NCBI GenBank assembly: GCA_041739995.1 | Contig: JBGSMV010000012.1 | Location: 1 to 23,401, forward strand | DNA from: Bdellovibrionota bacterium | GTDB taxonomy: Bacteria; Bdellovibrionota_C; UBA2361; JBGSMV01 | Direction: 5' to 3' | DNA: 23,401 nucleotides | In this document: positions 9,128 through 17,425 of the stretch, in pieces | Layout of the letters: each line of letters starts with the position of its first letter | Numbering within the stretch: position 1 is the first letter of the stretch | The notes under the pieces: generated by a model | Told to the model about the DNA's origin: nothing | Seen by the model: the letters and a program-made list of their open reading frames with translations, nothing else | Databases searched by the model: none | Translations under genes and position numbers: made by a program

Positions 9128-10477
9128 TTAATTAAGCAAAAGAAGCGCTAACTGTGGTTGGATGGTGGCTTGCGCGAGTATCGAGGCCCCGACTTGCTGC
9201 AGGATTGAGAAACGTGTGAGCGCAGCACTCTCTTGAGCGACATCAGCATCTCGAATGCGACTTTCAGCGGCAGCGTAGTTCTCTCCCGATGTCCTGATTA
9301 CTTCCACCGCAGCGCCTATCCTACTTTGCGAAGCTCCAATTTGTGAGCGCTTATCATTCAAAAGATTCAGTAGCGACTGAAGTGAATCAAGCGCGTTGAG
9401 TGCCGATTGTTGAGTGAGCAATCAAAAACCTGTTTGAGCAAGTGACTCGGTATAAGTTGTGGTAACTACCTGGAGTTGCGTGTCTTGAAGTTCAACCAGA
9501 AAACTTCCCACATCTCCTGTGACTCGATCGGTTACGTTGTCGCCATTGAAGTCATAGACTCCCGTCGAGAAGGTAAAGTTAGTAGGGGCCTCCACCGTAA
9601 AGGGACCTCCAAGGAGATTAAAAAAGGCAGGATTATTAAGAAATCCAACGAGCCCGCCGTTCCCGCCATCGGCAGAAAATTCCACGGAGTTGCCGACGAT
9701 CTCCGCTTGAAAGTTGCTGAGCCCTCCACCAGCGAGCGCCATTAGTTCCTCAGCCTGCTTAGTTAGTCCACCCACCCCACCATAATAAAGCTCAATTCTC
9801 AACTGCAAAGTGCCATCAACGAACTCATCAAACACCAACAAATCATCGAATCCATCATTGTTGAAGTCGCCTGCAACCATTTCTGCCTCGGTCAATGGAG
9901 AGATTCCACTCACATTCAAATTGAAGTTTGTGTCTCCATTATTATAGGTACCCAATCCTACTGCCTGCGAACTAGTGGAACTACTTTGCTCGAGAAATTG
10001 TGCTATCAGGATTGCATTAATGCCAGAGCCGGCTTGAAGCTGAAGTTTTGCATTGCTTCCGTCAAGGAGGCGAAGCCCGTTGAAGGAAACACCTTCAAGC
10101 AGTCTCTGGTATTCATCCGCAAGTTGCTGCGCCTCACCATTGATCACACTGCGTTGGCCAGTTGAGAAGATTCCATTTGAAGCCTGCTCCGCGAGTTCCC
10201 GCTGGCGAGTTACAATTTCAGTCAGCTGCGCGATACTTTGATCCGCAATTGACAGAGCTGAGATTCCGTCGTTTAGGTTTCGTAACGCCTGGCCAAGAAT
10301 TCGTCTCCCCGCCTCTAAGCCAGAGGCGACCGCAAGACCTGCGGCATCGTCTGAAGCACGATTGATTCGCTGGCCGCTACTAAGGCGCTCGGACACACGA
10401 CCAAGCGCCTCACTCGAGTGAGCGAGCGAGCGCTGCGTACGCAGCGCGTAAATGTTCGTACCTAAAGTAACAGGCAT
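9128..10477 (-). pseudogene. fliC: Second flagellin-family gene with FG-GAP-like insert, interrupted by one in-frame TGA (9422-9424)
   Basis: MPVTLGTNIYAL...ERLSSGQRINRASDDAAGLA is Flagellin_N. The centre has GDFNNDGFDDL and YDFNGDNVTD. After GGT TTT TGA the same frame continues LLTQQSA...RSQIGASQSRI...AAESRIRDADVA...QPQLALLLLN, which is Flagellin_C. Confidence 0.85.
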
Positions 10478-10569
10478 CCTTGCCCCACACACCTTTCACA
10501 CAGAACCCTCGCACGCACTCGTCACCGCTCAGACGATGCAAGTCACAAGAAGGTTCACCACATCTCATA

Positions 10570-10596
10570 AGGTCGTCTGAAGGGCGTATAAAGTTA
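10570..10596 (-). promoter_or_regulatory. Possible sigma28 (FliA)-like promoter of flagellin 2
   Basis: Minus strand TAAC-N15-GACGACCT against the consensus TAAA-N15-GCCGATAA, about 90 nt upstream of the ATG. The match is partial. Confidence 0.3.
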
Positions 10597-10763
10597 ATAG
10601 AGGTAGGAAAATTTCGTATACGGATTACGAGAGCTTTCGTAAGGGAGGTCACGATTTAGCGTTATGTAGGGCATTTTCGCTTAAGAGAGCTCGGGTAGCT
10701 CCCGACTCTCCATTGGGTGATGTTAACGCCAAATTTTAGCGAACTATCCACAGGGGAGCTGCA

Positions 10764-11030
10764 ATGATCACGACGCGCACACTCACAGTGGCTGCATGCA
10801 TGGGCGTCCTCATTGGCGCCCTATACTTCCCACCGAGTGAGGCCTTGGGTGGCCCTGAGCCAGACATCATCCCGGCGGAGCCGGCATCGCAACATTTACT
10901 AAATGCCTTAGCCCCGTGTGCATACACTGACACCGTTCAAATGGACGATCCGGACGGAAATCCGAGACCGTGCACGGGCGGTGGCGGTAACCCCACGCCG
11001 ACTCCAACCCCTTCACCAATCTGCCCTTAG
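10764..11030 (+). CDS. Small secreted Cys-containing, Pro/Thr-rich hypothetical protein
   Basis: SD-like GGGGAG upstream; N-terminal signal-peptide-like segment (..PPSEA|LG); C-terminal GGGGNPTPTPTPSPICP. Confidence 0.6.
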   Translation: MITTRTLTVAACMGVLIGALYFPPSEALGGPEPDIIPAEPASQHLLNALAPCAYTDTVQMDDPDGNPRPCTGGGGNPTPTPTPSPICP

Positions 11031-11130
11031 AGAGGGTGACTCCCTCTTGGCAACCCAAATGCACTAGGAGCTACGACGTCTTTCCTCCGTCTCAGTTGGG
11101 TAACGACGTATTCCAGGTTATTAGAGTGGA

Positions 11131-12096
11131 ATGAGAGACCACTCCCAGGGATGTCCTTCTTCGAGTCCTTCAACGCGAGATCAAACGGAGCTTCGATTCC
11201 CCACGGATTTCGAGCGCCCGGTTGGTGTACGAGCAGGGCATGACCCGATCGCTCAGCGCCAAAGGAGCTTAGATCTACCCACCTCCGTGGGAGCTGTCGC
11301 GGTCGCCCCGGTACTTACGCTTGCGCAGCTCCGACAAATTATTGAGTCTGATAAGAAGTGCACCGTGGCGATTAGTGACGTACACGGATACGCACAGCTG
11401 CTCACTTCGGTCTTAGAGGAACTCGGCATTGTGTCTCACGGGGAACGAGTCAATTCCAAAGTACGCCTCATTTCCATGGGTGACCTCGTTGATGGTAGAT
11501 CGCCCACCGACTTCGAATGCGCACGAATTGGCGAGAAGTTCTTTGATGAAATAGTCGCGGGCAACCACGAGGCCGCGATTCTCGGAGGTCCTTCTATTCA
11601 GAGCGTGCCTAAGTTTCAAACACCAGAACTTACGGACTCCCTGTGGCGCATGTGTCGTAGTGGCAAACTTAAAGCGGCCACCACAGTCGACGATATCCTC
11701 TTAACTCATGCTGGCGTCTCACGGTACTTTGCGGAAGATCTCTCGGATCCAGCTGAACTCGCGTCCGCATTGAATAGCTCCTGGTCTGAATTTCTCGGTC
11801 GCCCTTCACTTAGAGCAGAAGAGCTGTTCCAGATTGGCTTCGAGAGACTCGACCCCACGGTTCGAACAATTCTTTCACCCGGTAGTGGGGGTGCACTGTG
11901 GGAAGACTGGTCTAGTCTGCTTAAATCTCATCCTGAGAGGCTTCGCCAGATGGTGGGGCACAGCTCCCGTGGTCGGCCAGAGAAATCTACGGATGGATTG
12001 CTACACAACATTGATCTTGCAGGCTACCGCTTGGGAATTGCTGTGGTGCTTCAATCGGGAGAAGTTGTGGTGGGCACCGATTACTTCCCGAGTTAA
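11131..12096 (+). CDS. Calcineurin-like metallophosphoesterase
   Basis: Motifs SDVHG, GDLVD, GNHE, THAG and VGHS, preceded by a low-complexity N-terminal extension. Confidence 0.85.
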   Translation: MRDHSQGCPSSSPSTRDQTELRFPTDFERPVGVRAGHDPIAQRQRSLDLPTSVGAVAVAPVLTLAQLRQIIESDKKCTVAISDVHGYAQLLTSVLEELGIVSHGERVNSKVRLISMGDLVDGRSPTDFECARIGEKFFDEIVAGNHEAAILGGPSIQSVPKFQTPELTDSLWRMCRSGKLKAATTVDDILLTHAGVSRYFAEDLSDPAELASALNSSWSEFLGRPSLRAEELFQIGFERLDPTVRTILSPGSGGALWEDWSSLLKSHPERLRQMVGHSSRGRPEKSTDGLLHNIDLAGYRLGIAVVLQSGEVVVGTDYFPS

Positions 12097-12479
12097 TCTG
12101 TAGAAATGTCTTTCATCGACCAGGCCAGCTGTCCCCATGCGAGTATAAAGCAAATTCCGCCAACCGGAGTAATGGCTCCGAGCCAGCGCTCTCCGGTAAG
12201 TGCAAGCAGGTAAAGAGATCCGGAGAAGAAGATCACTCCGACAAAGAGCAAAGCGCATACTCTCTTCGCCAAGGCAGCAGGTATCGTTCCGCTGGCTGCA
12301 CTAAGCGCGACTACCAGCGCTCCCAGCGCGTGAATGAAGTGATAGAATACAGCCTTCTCGAATATCTCCTTCTCGTAGTTTCCAAGGACATCCTTTAGGC
12401 CGTGCGCTCCAAAGGCACCGAGTATTACCGCGAGGGCGAGAAGAGCGGCGGAGAGTGAAATGAGGCGGGAGAGCAGCAT
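12093..12479 (-). CDS. DUF423 (YgdD/TMEM256-like) membrane protein
   Basis: LGAFGAHGL, AVFYHFIHALG, FSGSLYLLALTG, LGAITPVGG. Confidence 0.9.
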   Translation of the reverse strand: MLLSRLISLSAALLALAVILGAFGAHGLKDVLGNYEKEIFEKAVFYHFIHALGALVVALSAASGTIPAALAKRVCALLFVGVIFFSGSLYLLALTGERWLGAITPVGGICFILAWGQLAWSMKDISTD

Positions 12480-12557
12480 GACATTTTTCGATGAGGAACG
12501 ACGGTCGGTCTCCCCGCCACTTCGAATTAGCGGACCAAAGGCCCACTAATGTGAAAG

Positions 12558-12632
12558 TGGCGGAGTCGACGGGACTGCTCGCCAATGGCGAGCAGGACTC
12601 GGCAGTATTTTTCGGTTCGAGTCCCGTCGACT
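12558..12632. repeat. tRNA-Asp 3'-end fragments (one direct, one inverted) enclosing a palindrome
   Basis: 12558-12576 is identical to 12657-12675 (19 nt including CCA). 12614-12632 is the reverse complement of 12663-12681. Palindrome GCTCGCCA-A-TGGCGAGC at 12577-12593. Confidence 0.85.
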
Positions 12633-12656
12633 TGGTGAGCCAGGGACGAACAAAAA

Positions 12657-12733
12657 TGGCGGAGTCGACGGGACTCGAACCCGCGACCTCTCGCGTGACA
12701 GGCGAGCGTTCTAACCAACTGAACTACGACTCC
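12657..12733 (-). tRNA. tRNA-Asp(GTC)
   Basis: GGAGTCGTAGTTCAGTTGGTTAGAACGCTCGCCT-GTC-ACGCGAGAGGTCGCGGGTTCGAGTCCCGTCGACTCCGCCA; 77 nt cloverleaf with encoded CCA. Confidence 0.97.
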
Positions 12734-12762
12734 ACTTCCGGTTAAACTAACCGCTTCTCAGG

Positions 12763-12933
12763 GAGAGGTCGCGGGTTCCTTTCCGAACCCTGCAAGGAAA
12801 CAATGCTACGCCAGCTCGCATTGCTATTGTTTCCCTACGTCGCTTATCGCCATCGCCCTTTCGGGCTCATGGCTCCGCAACGTCCTCTCGCGTGACAGGC
12901 GAGCGTTCTAACCAACTGAATTACGTTCACTCC
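12763..12933 (-). repeat. Degenerate tRNA-Asp 5' half with hairpin-rich insert and an inverted tRNA fragment
   Basis: 12884-12925 matches 12687-12728 at 41 of 42 nt (D and anticodon arms). 12763-12778 is the reverse complement of 12677-12692. The intervening stems are GGAAACAAT/ATTGTTTCC, GCCC-TTTC-GGGC and GGGTTC/GAACCC. Confidence 0.85.
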
Positions 12934-12969
12934 TTCGACCTGGACTAAAACTCCAAATCGAGAGCGGAA

Positions 12970-12996
12970 AGTATAGCAATTCCATGCTCATAGCAA
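12970..12996 (-). promoter_or_regulatory. Probable sigma70 extended -10 promoter for the tRNA-Asp locus
   Basis: Minus strand TTGCTA-N15-TATACT with TG-n immediately before the -10; it lies upstream of the degenerate tRNA half. Confidence 0.45.
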
Positions 12997-13090
12997 GAAA
13001 CTGAACAAAACCCCTGAATTGCTCAGGCTTCTAGCCCAATGATATACAATCCCCTCACCTAGTACCAAAATTAAGAAGGGAATCGCAGCC

Positions 13091-15787
13091 ATGGCTGAGT
13101 TTGACCATAAATCGGTAGACCGTAAATGGCAGGGATATTGGGAGGCGAATAAGACCTTCCGAGCCGACCAGCCCTCGGCCAAGAAATTCTACTGCCTCGA
13201 CATGTTCCCCTACCCCTCGGGCTCAGGCCTGCACGTTGGCCATCCGCTCGGATATACCGCCACCGACATTGTGTCTCGCCATAAGCGCATGCAGGGATAC
13301 TCAGTTCTGCACCCCATGGGCTTTGATGCCTTTGGGCTGCCCGCAGAGCAGCATGCAGTCTCTACTGGAGAACACCCCAGCGTTATTACCAAAAAAAATT
13401 GTGAGGTTTTCACCAAGCAACTAATGATGGTTGGGCTTTCCTACGACTGGGACAGAAACCTCGCTACCTGCACCGAAGACTACTACCACTGGACTCAGTG
13501 GATTTTTCTTAAACTCTACAACTCTTGGTTTGACCAAGAAGCCCAGCGCGCGCGACCGATTGAAGAACTAAAGATTCCTTCAGAGATCCAATCAAAGGGC
13601 CCGGCAGCGATTGAAAACTTCCGTGCAGAGCATCGCCTCGCCTTCTACGCCGACGCGATGGTGAACTGGTGCCCAGCACTCGGCACCGTGCTGGCGAACG
13701 AAGAAGTCATCGACGGCAAATCCGAACGTGGCGGGCACGACGTTATCAGAAAGCCCATGAAACAATGGCTTCTGCGCATTACTTCCTATGCCGAGCGCTT
13801 AATTTCCGAGCTCGAAGGAATTGATTGGCCCGAGAGCATCAAAGACCAACAAAAAAACTGGATTGGGAAAAAACGCGGTGCAGAAATTCGTTTTACAATA
13901 GCTGATTCGAAGCACGAGCTGGTGGCCTTCACCACCCGCCCCGATACGCTCTTTGGAGTTACCTTTTTTGTTATCTCGCCGGAGCATCCCCTGGTTGAAT
14001 CAGTGACCACACCCGCGCAAAAAGCCGCGGTTGAAACGTACAGGGAAGAAGCGAAAAAACTAAGTGAGCTGGCACGTACCATAGAGAACCGCAAAAAGAC
14101 TGGTGTGTTTTCTGGTTCGTATGTCGTGAACCCCATTAACTCCGAGAAGGTGCCGCTCTATATCGGCGACTACGTTCTCATGACCGTTGGTACCGGCGCC
14201 GTGATGGGCGTTCCTTCGCACGATGAACGCGACTTTGAGTTCGCCACCACCTTTAAGCTCGAAATCAGAGCCGTGATTGCGCCTAAAGGCGCAAAGCCTG
14301 AAGTAATCGAAGCCGTGAAAAACGGGACTGCCGCCTGGACTGAACCAGGGGTCATGCTCGCCAACAACAGCGCGGTGGCCAAGGAGCTCTCATTAGAGGG
14401 ACTCGCGAACAAGGAAGCCGCCTCACGCATTGTTTCCTGGCTTTCAAAGAATGAGAAGGGCAACGCCACAGTTACCTACAAACTGCGCGATTGGCTGTTC
14501 TCGCGTCAACGCTACTGGGGCGAGCCCATTCCTATAATCCACTGGGAAGACGGCACGTCTTCGGCTCTAGACGAGTCAGAACTGCCTCTAAAACTTCCCG
14601 AGGTCCAAGAATACAAACCTTCAGATAGTGGAGAGTCCCCCCTGGCGCGTGCCACCGAGTGGCTCAAAGTAACCGACACAAAGTCAGGTCGTGTAGGCAG
14701 GCGCGAAACAAACACCATGCCTCAATGGGCTGGTTCGTGTTGGTACTACCTGCGCTTCATTGACCCTAAGAACTCGAAAGCCGGCTGGGCTCCAGATTTA
14801 GAGAAGGGCTGGATGCCAGTGGATCTCTACGTCGGTGGCGCTGAGCATGCGGTGCTACACCTTCTCTATGCCCGATTCTGGCACAAAGTGCTCTTTGATC
14901 TTGGTTACGTATCAACGCGAGAACCGTTTCAAAAGCTTTATAACCAAGGAATGATCCTGGCCAACGCCTACAAGAACGCCCGGGGTGCGCTCGTTCCTAC
15001 CAACGAAGTGGTCGAAGGTGAAGATGGCATCGCTCGACATGGTACCAGTGGAGAACAGCTGGAGAAGATCGTGGCGAAAATGTCGAAGTCGCTTCGCAAT
15101 GTCGTGACTCTTGATGAAATCGTTCAACAATATGGCGCCGATACGTTTCGCATGTACCTAATGTTCATGGGGCCCCTAGATGTTGCTCGCGCCTGGGACT
15201 CACGCGCCATAACGGGAATTCACCGTTTTCTTCGTCGAGTGTGGACCTGGGGTACCGGGGACCAGGAAACCGGCGTCCGCGCCACAATCAAGGAACAAGA
15301 CGAAACGGAGTTGGTCAAAAAGGCACTTCATCGCCTGGTTAAGAAGGTGGGAAGCGACATTGAAGCTATGTCTTTTAACACTGCAATCTCCAGCATGATG
15401 GAATTCTTGAATACAGTTCAGGACCAACCGGTCAGCAACGAAACTGTCCGTCGCTTCGTGCTGGTACTCTCACCATTCGCCCCCCACATGGGCGAAGAAC
15501 TCTGGGAGCGCCTCGGTAACACTTCAAGTATTTCCAAAGTAGCGTGGCCGGAATATGAGGAGAAGTGGCTCCAGGACTCAGTGGTCACCGTCGTCGTGCA
15601 GGTGAATGGCAAGAAACGCGCGCTGCTCGAAGTCGACGTTAACATCGACGAACAATCACTGAAAAACATGGTAATTGAGCGTTTGGATTCCACCGACTAC
15701 AAAGTAACGGCAGCGGATCAGTTCGTTACGGTGAGGAACCCCGCCACTAAAGCGCCAAAGTTGATTAACATTGTGAAGGCCGGCTAA
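13091..15787 (+). CDS. leuS: Leucine--tRNA ligase
   Basis: MFPYPSGSGLHVGH (HIGH motif), editing-domain FTTRPDT and GTGAVMGVPSHDERD, SRQRYWGEPIP, KMSKS, C-terminal VVQVNGK. Confidence 0.98.
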   Translation: MAEFDHKSVDRKWQGYWEANKTFRADQPSAKKFYCLDMFPYPSGSGLHVGHPLGYTATDIVSRHKRMQGYSVLHPMGFDAFGLPAEQHAVSTGEHPSVITKKNCEVFTKQLMMVGLSYDWDRNLATCTEDYYHWTQWIFLKLYNSWFDQEAQRARPIEELKIPSEIQSKGPAAIENFRAEHRLAFYADAMVNWCPALGTVLANEEVIDGKSERGGHDVIRKPMKQWLLRITSYAERLISELEGIDWPESIKDQQKNWIGKKRGAEIRFTIADSKHELVAFTTRPDTLFGVTFFVISPEHPLVESVTTPAQKAAVETYREEAKKLSELARTIENRKKTGVFSGSYVVNPINSEKVPLYIGDYVLMTVGTGAVMGVPSHDERDFEFATTFKLEIRAVIAPKGAKPEVIEAVKNGTAAWTEPGVMLANNSAVAKELSLEGLANKEAASRIVSWLSKNEKGNATVTYKLRDWLFSRQRYWGEPIPIIHWEDGTSSALDESELPLKLPEVQEYKPSDSGESPLARATEWLKVTDTKSGRVGRRETNTMPQWAGSCWYYLRFIDPKNSKAGWAPDLEKGWMPVDLYVGGAEHAVLHLLYARFWHKVLFDLGYVSTREPFQKLYNQGMILANAYKNARGALVPTNEVVEGEDGIARHGTSGEQLEKIVAKMSKSLRNVVTLDEIVQQYGADTFRMYLMFMGPLDVARAWDSRAITGIHRFLRRVWTWGTGDQETGVRATIKEQDETELVKKALHRLVKKVGSDIEAMSFNTAISSMMEFLNTVQDQPVSNETVRRFVLVLSPFAPHMGEELWERLGNTSSISKVAWPEYEEKWLQDSVVTVVVQVNGKKRALLEVDVNIDEQSLKNMVIERLDSTDYKVTAADQFVTVRNPATKAPKLINIVKAG

Positions 15788-15788
15788 T

Positions 15789-15982
15789 TCGGGCGCTCTG
15801 GCTCGCCCGATCCTAAATGGAGCGCTAGCCCCATTTAGGATCATAAAAAGAGCCTAATTTTACTATGAGGCGGTCAAGTTTGCGCGAGAACTCCCTTCGC
15901 CAATCCGGTGACATCAGTGATACTCAAAACCTCAGCGGGTGCGCAAACTTGCCCCCTCCCATTAACCTCAACTGCTCTTTTT
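15789..15982. repeat. Cluster of inverted repeats between leuS and the convergent HD gene
   Basis: TCGGGCG/CGCCCGA (15789-15810); GATCCTAAATGG/CCATTTAGGATC (15809-15842); AAAAAGAGC/GCTCTTTTT (15845-15982) enclosing CAAGTTTGCGC/GCGCAAACTTG (15875-15951). Confidence 0.7.
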
Positions 15983-15987
15983 TGGGC

Positions 15988-16569
15988 TTAACTACCTTGG
16001 AGCTCTAATTCGACCGCTTTCTCTCTAAGGGCGGAGATCACGTTCTTTACGTGCTCCTCAAGCTCTATTCCAAGCTCCTGTGCTCCTAGCCGAATATCGT
16101 CGCGGTTACATCCACGCGCAAAAGCTTTATCTTTCATTTTCTTAAGAACAGACGAGGCTTCGAGGTTTCCAATGCACTTGTCGGGTCTGACCAGCACACT
16201 CGCGGTCACCAAGCCGCTGAGTTCATCGACTGCAAATAAAGCCTTGGCCAGTTGAGTCTCGCGAGCGACTCCAGTGTAAGCGGCATGCCCCATAATCGCG
16301 TCACGCATCTCTGCCGAATACCCTTTCTGCTCCAGGACTTTATTGCCAAAAAATGGATGTCCATCTGGAGGCGAGGGTTCAGGATGCCGCTCATAATCGA
16401 AATCATGCAGCAATCCGGTCTGTCCCCATTCCTCGATCTCAGCTTCGCTTTTACCGAAATGCTTTGCGTACCAACGCATCGCAGTCTCAACGGCTAATGC
16501 GTGCTTCAATAGACTCGGCGATTCCGTATATTCTTTAAGGAGCTTGAGGGCGTCTTCACGAGTCTTCAT
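15988..16569 (-). CDS. HD-superfamily (HDIG-like) predicted hydrolase
   Basis: LLKHALAVE, GLLHDFDYE, GHP, IMGH, LFAVDELSG, KKMKDKAFARG. Confidence 0.85.
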   Translation of the reverse strand: MKTREDALKLLKEYTESPSLLKHALAVETAMRWYAKHFGKSEAEIEEWGQTGLLHDFDYERHPEPSPPDGHPFFGNKVLEQKGYSAEMRDAIMGHAAYTGVARETQLAKALFAVDELSGLVTASVLVRPDKCIGNLEASSVLKKMKDKAFARGCNRDDIRLGAQELGIELEEHVKNVISALREKAVELELQGS

Positions 16570-17360
16570 TAATCTTGATTCTCCGATTTCTTCTCAAGCT
16601 GAACACTAGTATCTCCTGCAGCAAAAGCCATACCCACATTTTGGCCCGCATCTGGTATGGAGTGGTCTTGCGCTTGAGGACCTACATCTTCGTTCCCTAT
16701 GTTACTGACTGACGAACCTTCCGCAAGAACGACTGCCACCTTCCCGCCACCCGAAAACTCCTCAAACAACCTCATCATCAGCAACGCGGGCAGATTGCCT
16801 TCAATATCCCGACGAGAAAGAGTTGCTTGAAACGAACGCGAAGCCCCGCTCACTTCGATACTCACTACGGCTTCGCCCCCTACCACCGCGTCGCGCGGGC
16901 CGCGGCTGCGATCAAAGATGTCAGCCTCTTTCATCAAATCTAAAAGGCGTAGTATCTGATACGGGCGGTCAGTGCCCTCACTGGAATTAACAAGATATTC
17001 GGTAGCAGTGGTTTCTCCCGCCAAGCGAACAGTGGCCTTCAAAGATGGTAGCTGATCTAAGGCAGGCCCGTTCAAGACAGACCTTTGCAGGACCGGCCCT
17101 TTTACGGCAGGACTGTGCGCCTCAGCGCTACCTACCGGACCCAAGGAGCTCGACTGACCGACAGAGCCCTCCTCCTCCACCTCCGCACTATCGACGAGGA
17201 AACGCGTCAAGTCCTGAATCACTACACGCTGATCAACGAGCCACTCATCAAAGTCGTATTGAAGCGACGTCTGCACTGGGCGCAGCGACGAGCCAAACCA
17301 CACAAACAGTGCGGCCACAAAAAGCCCAATGACCGGATAGTGCAACCAAGAAAGCTTCAT
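16569..17360 (-). CDS. Hypothetical protein with N-terminal membrane anchor
   Basis: 263-aa ORF with N-terminal hydrophobic YPVIGLFVAALFVWF; its stop overlaps the HD gene start (TAATG). Confidence 0.7.
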   Translation of the reverse strand: MKLSWLHYPVIGLFVAALFVWFGSSLRPVQTSLQYDFDEWLVDQRVVIQDLTRFLVDSAEVEEEGSVGQSSSLGPVGSAEAHSPAVKGPVLQRSVLNGPALDQLPSLKATVRLAGETTATEYLVNSSEGTDRPYQILRLLDLMKEADIFDRSRGPRDAVVGGEAVVSIEVSGASRSFQATLSRRDIEGNLPALLMMRLFEEFSGGGKVAVVLAEGSSVSNIGNEDVGPQAQDHSIPDAGQNVGMAFAAGDTSVQLEKKSENQD

Positions 17361-17425
17361 ACTAGCTACAATATGTGTGACGCACCAAGGAAGGTCAATT
17401 TATCTCGAACCAGTCAGCAAAACTA

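Noticed and set aside
9422..9424. Genome-wide TGA reassignment (code 4/25) or selenocysteine as the explanation for the flagellin stop
   Set aside because: TGA terminates flagellin 1 and the nucleoside hydrolase at expected positions. Long genes such as leuS have no internal TGA and use TGG for Trp. No convincing SECIS hairpin follows, and the position is not a Cys site.
10764..12096. RiPP cluster (small peptide plus neighbouring enzyme)
   Set aside because: No RiPP maturase, transporter or leader motif is present, and the peptide has an ordinary Sec-type signal.
12491..12745. 84-aa ORF with repeated AESTGL and the opposite-strand 63-aa ORF
   Set aside because: These are translations of the tRNA-Asp gene and its duplicated 3' end.
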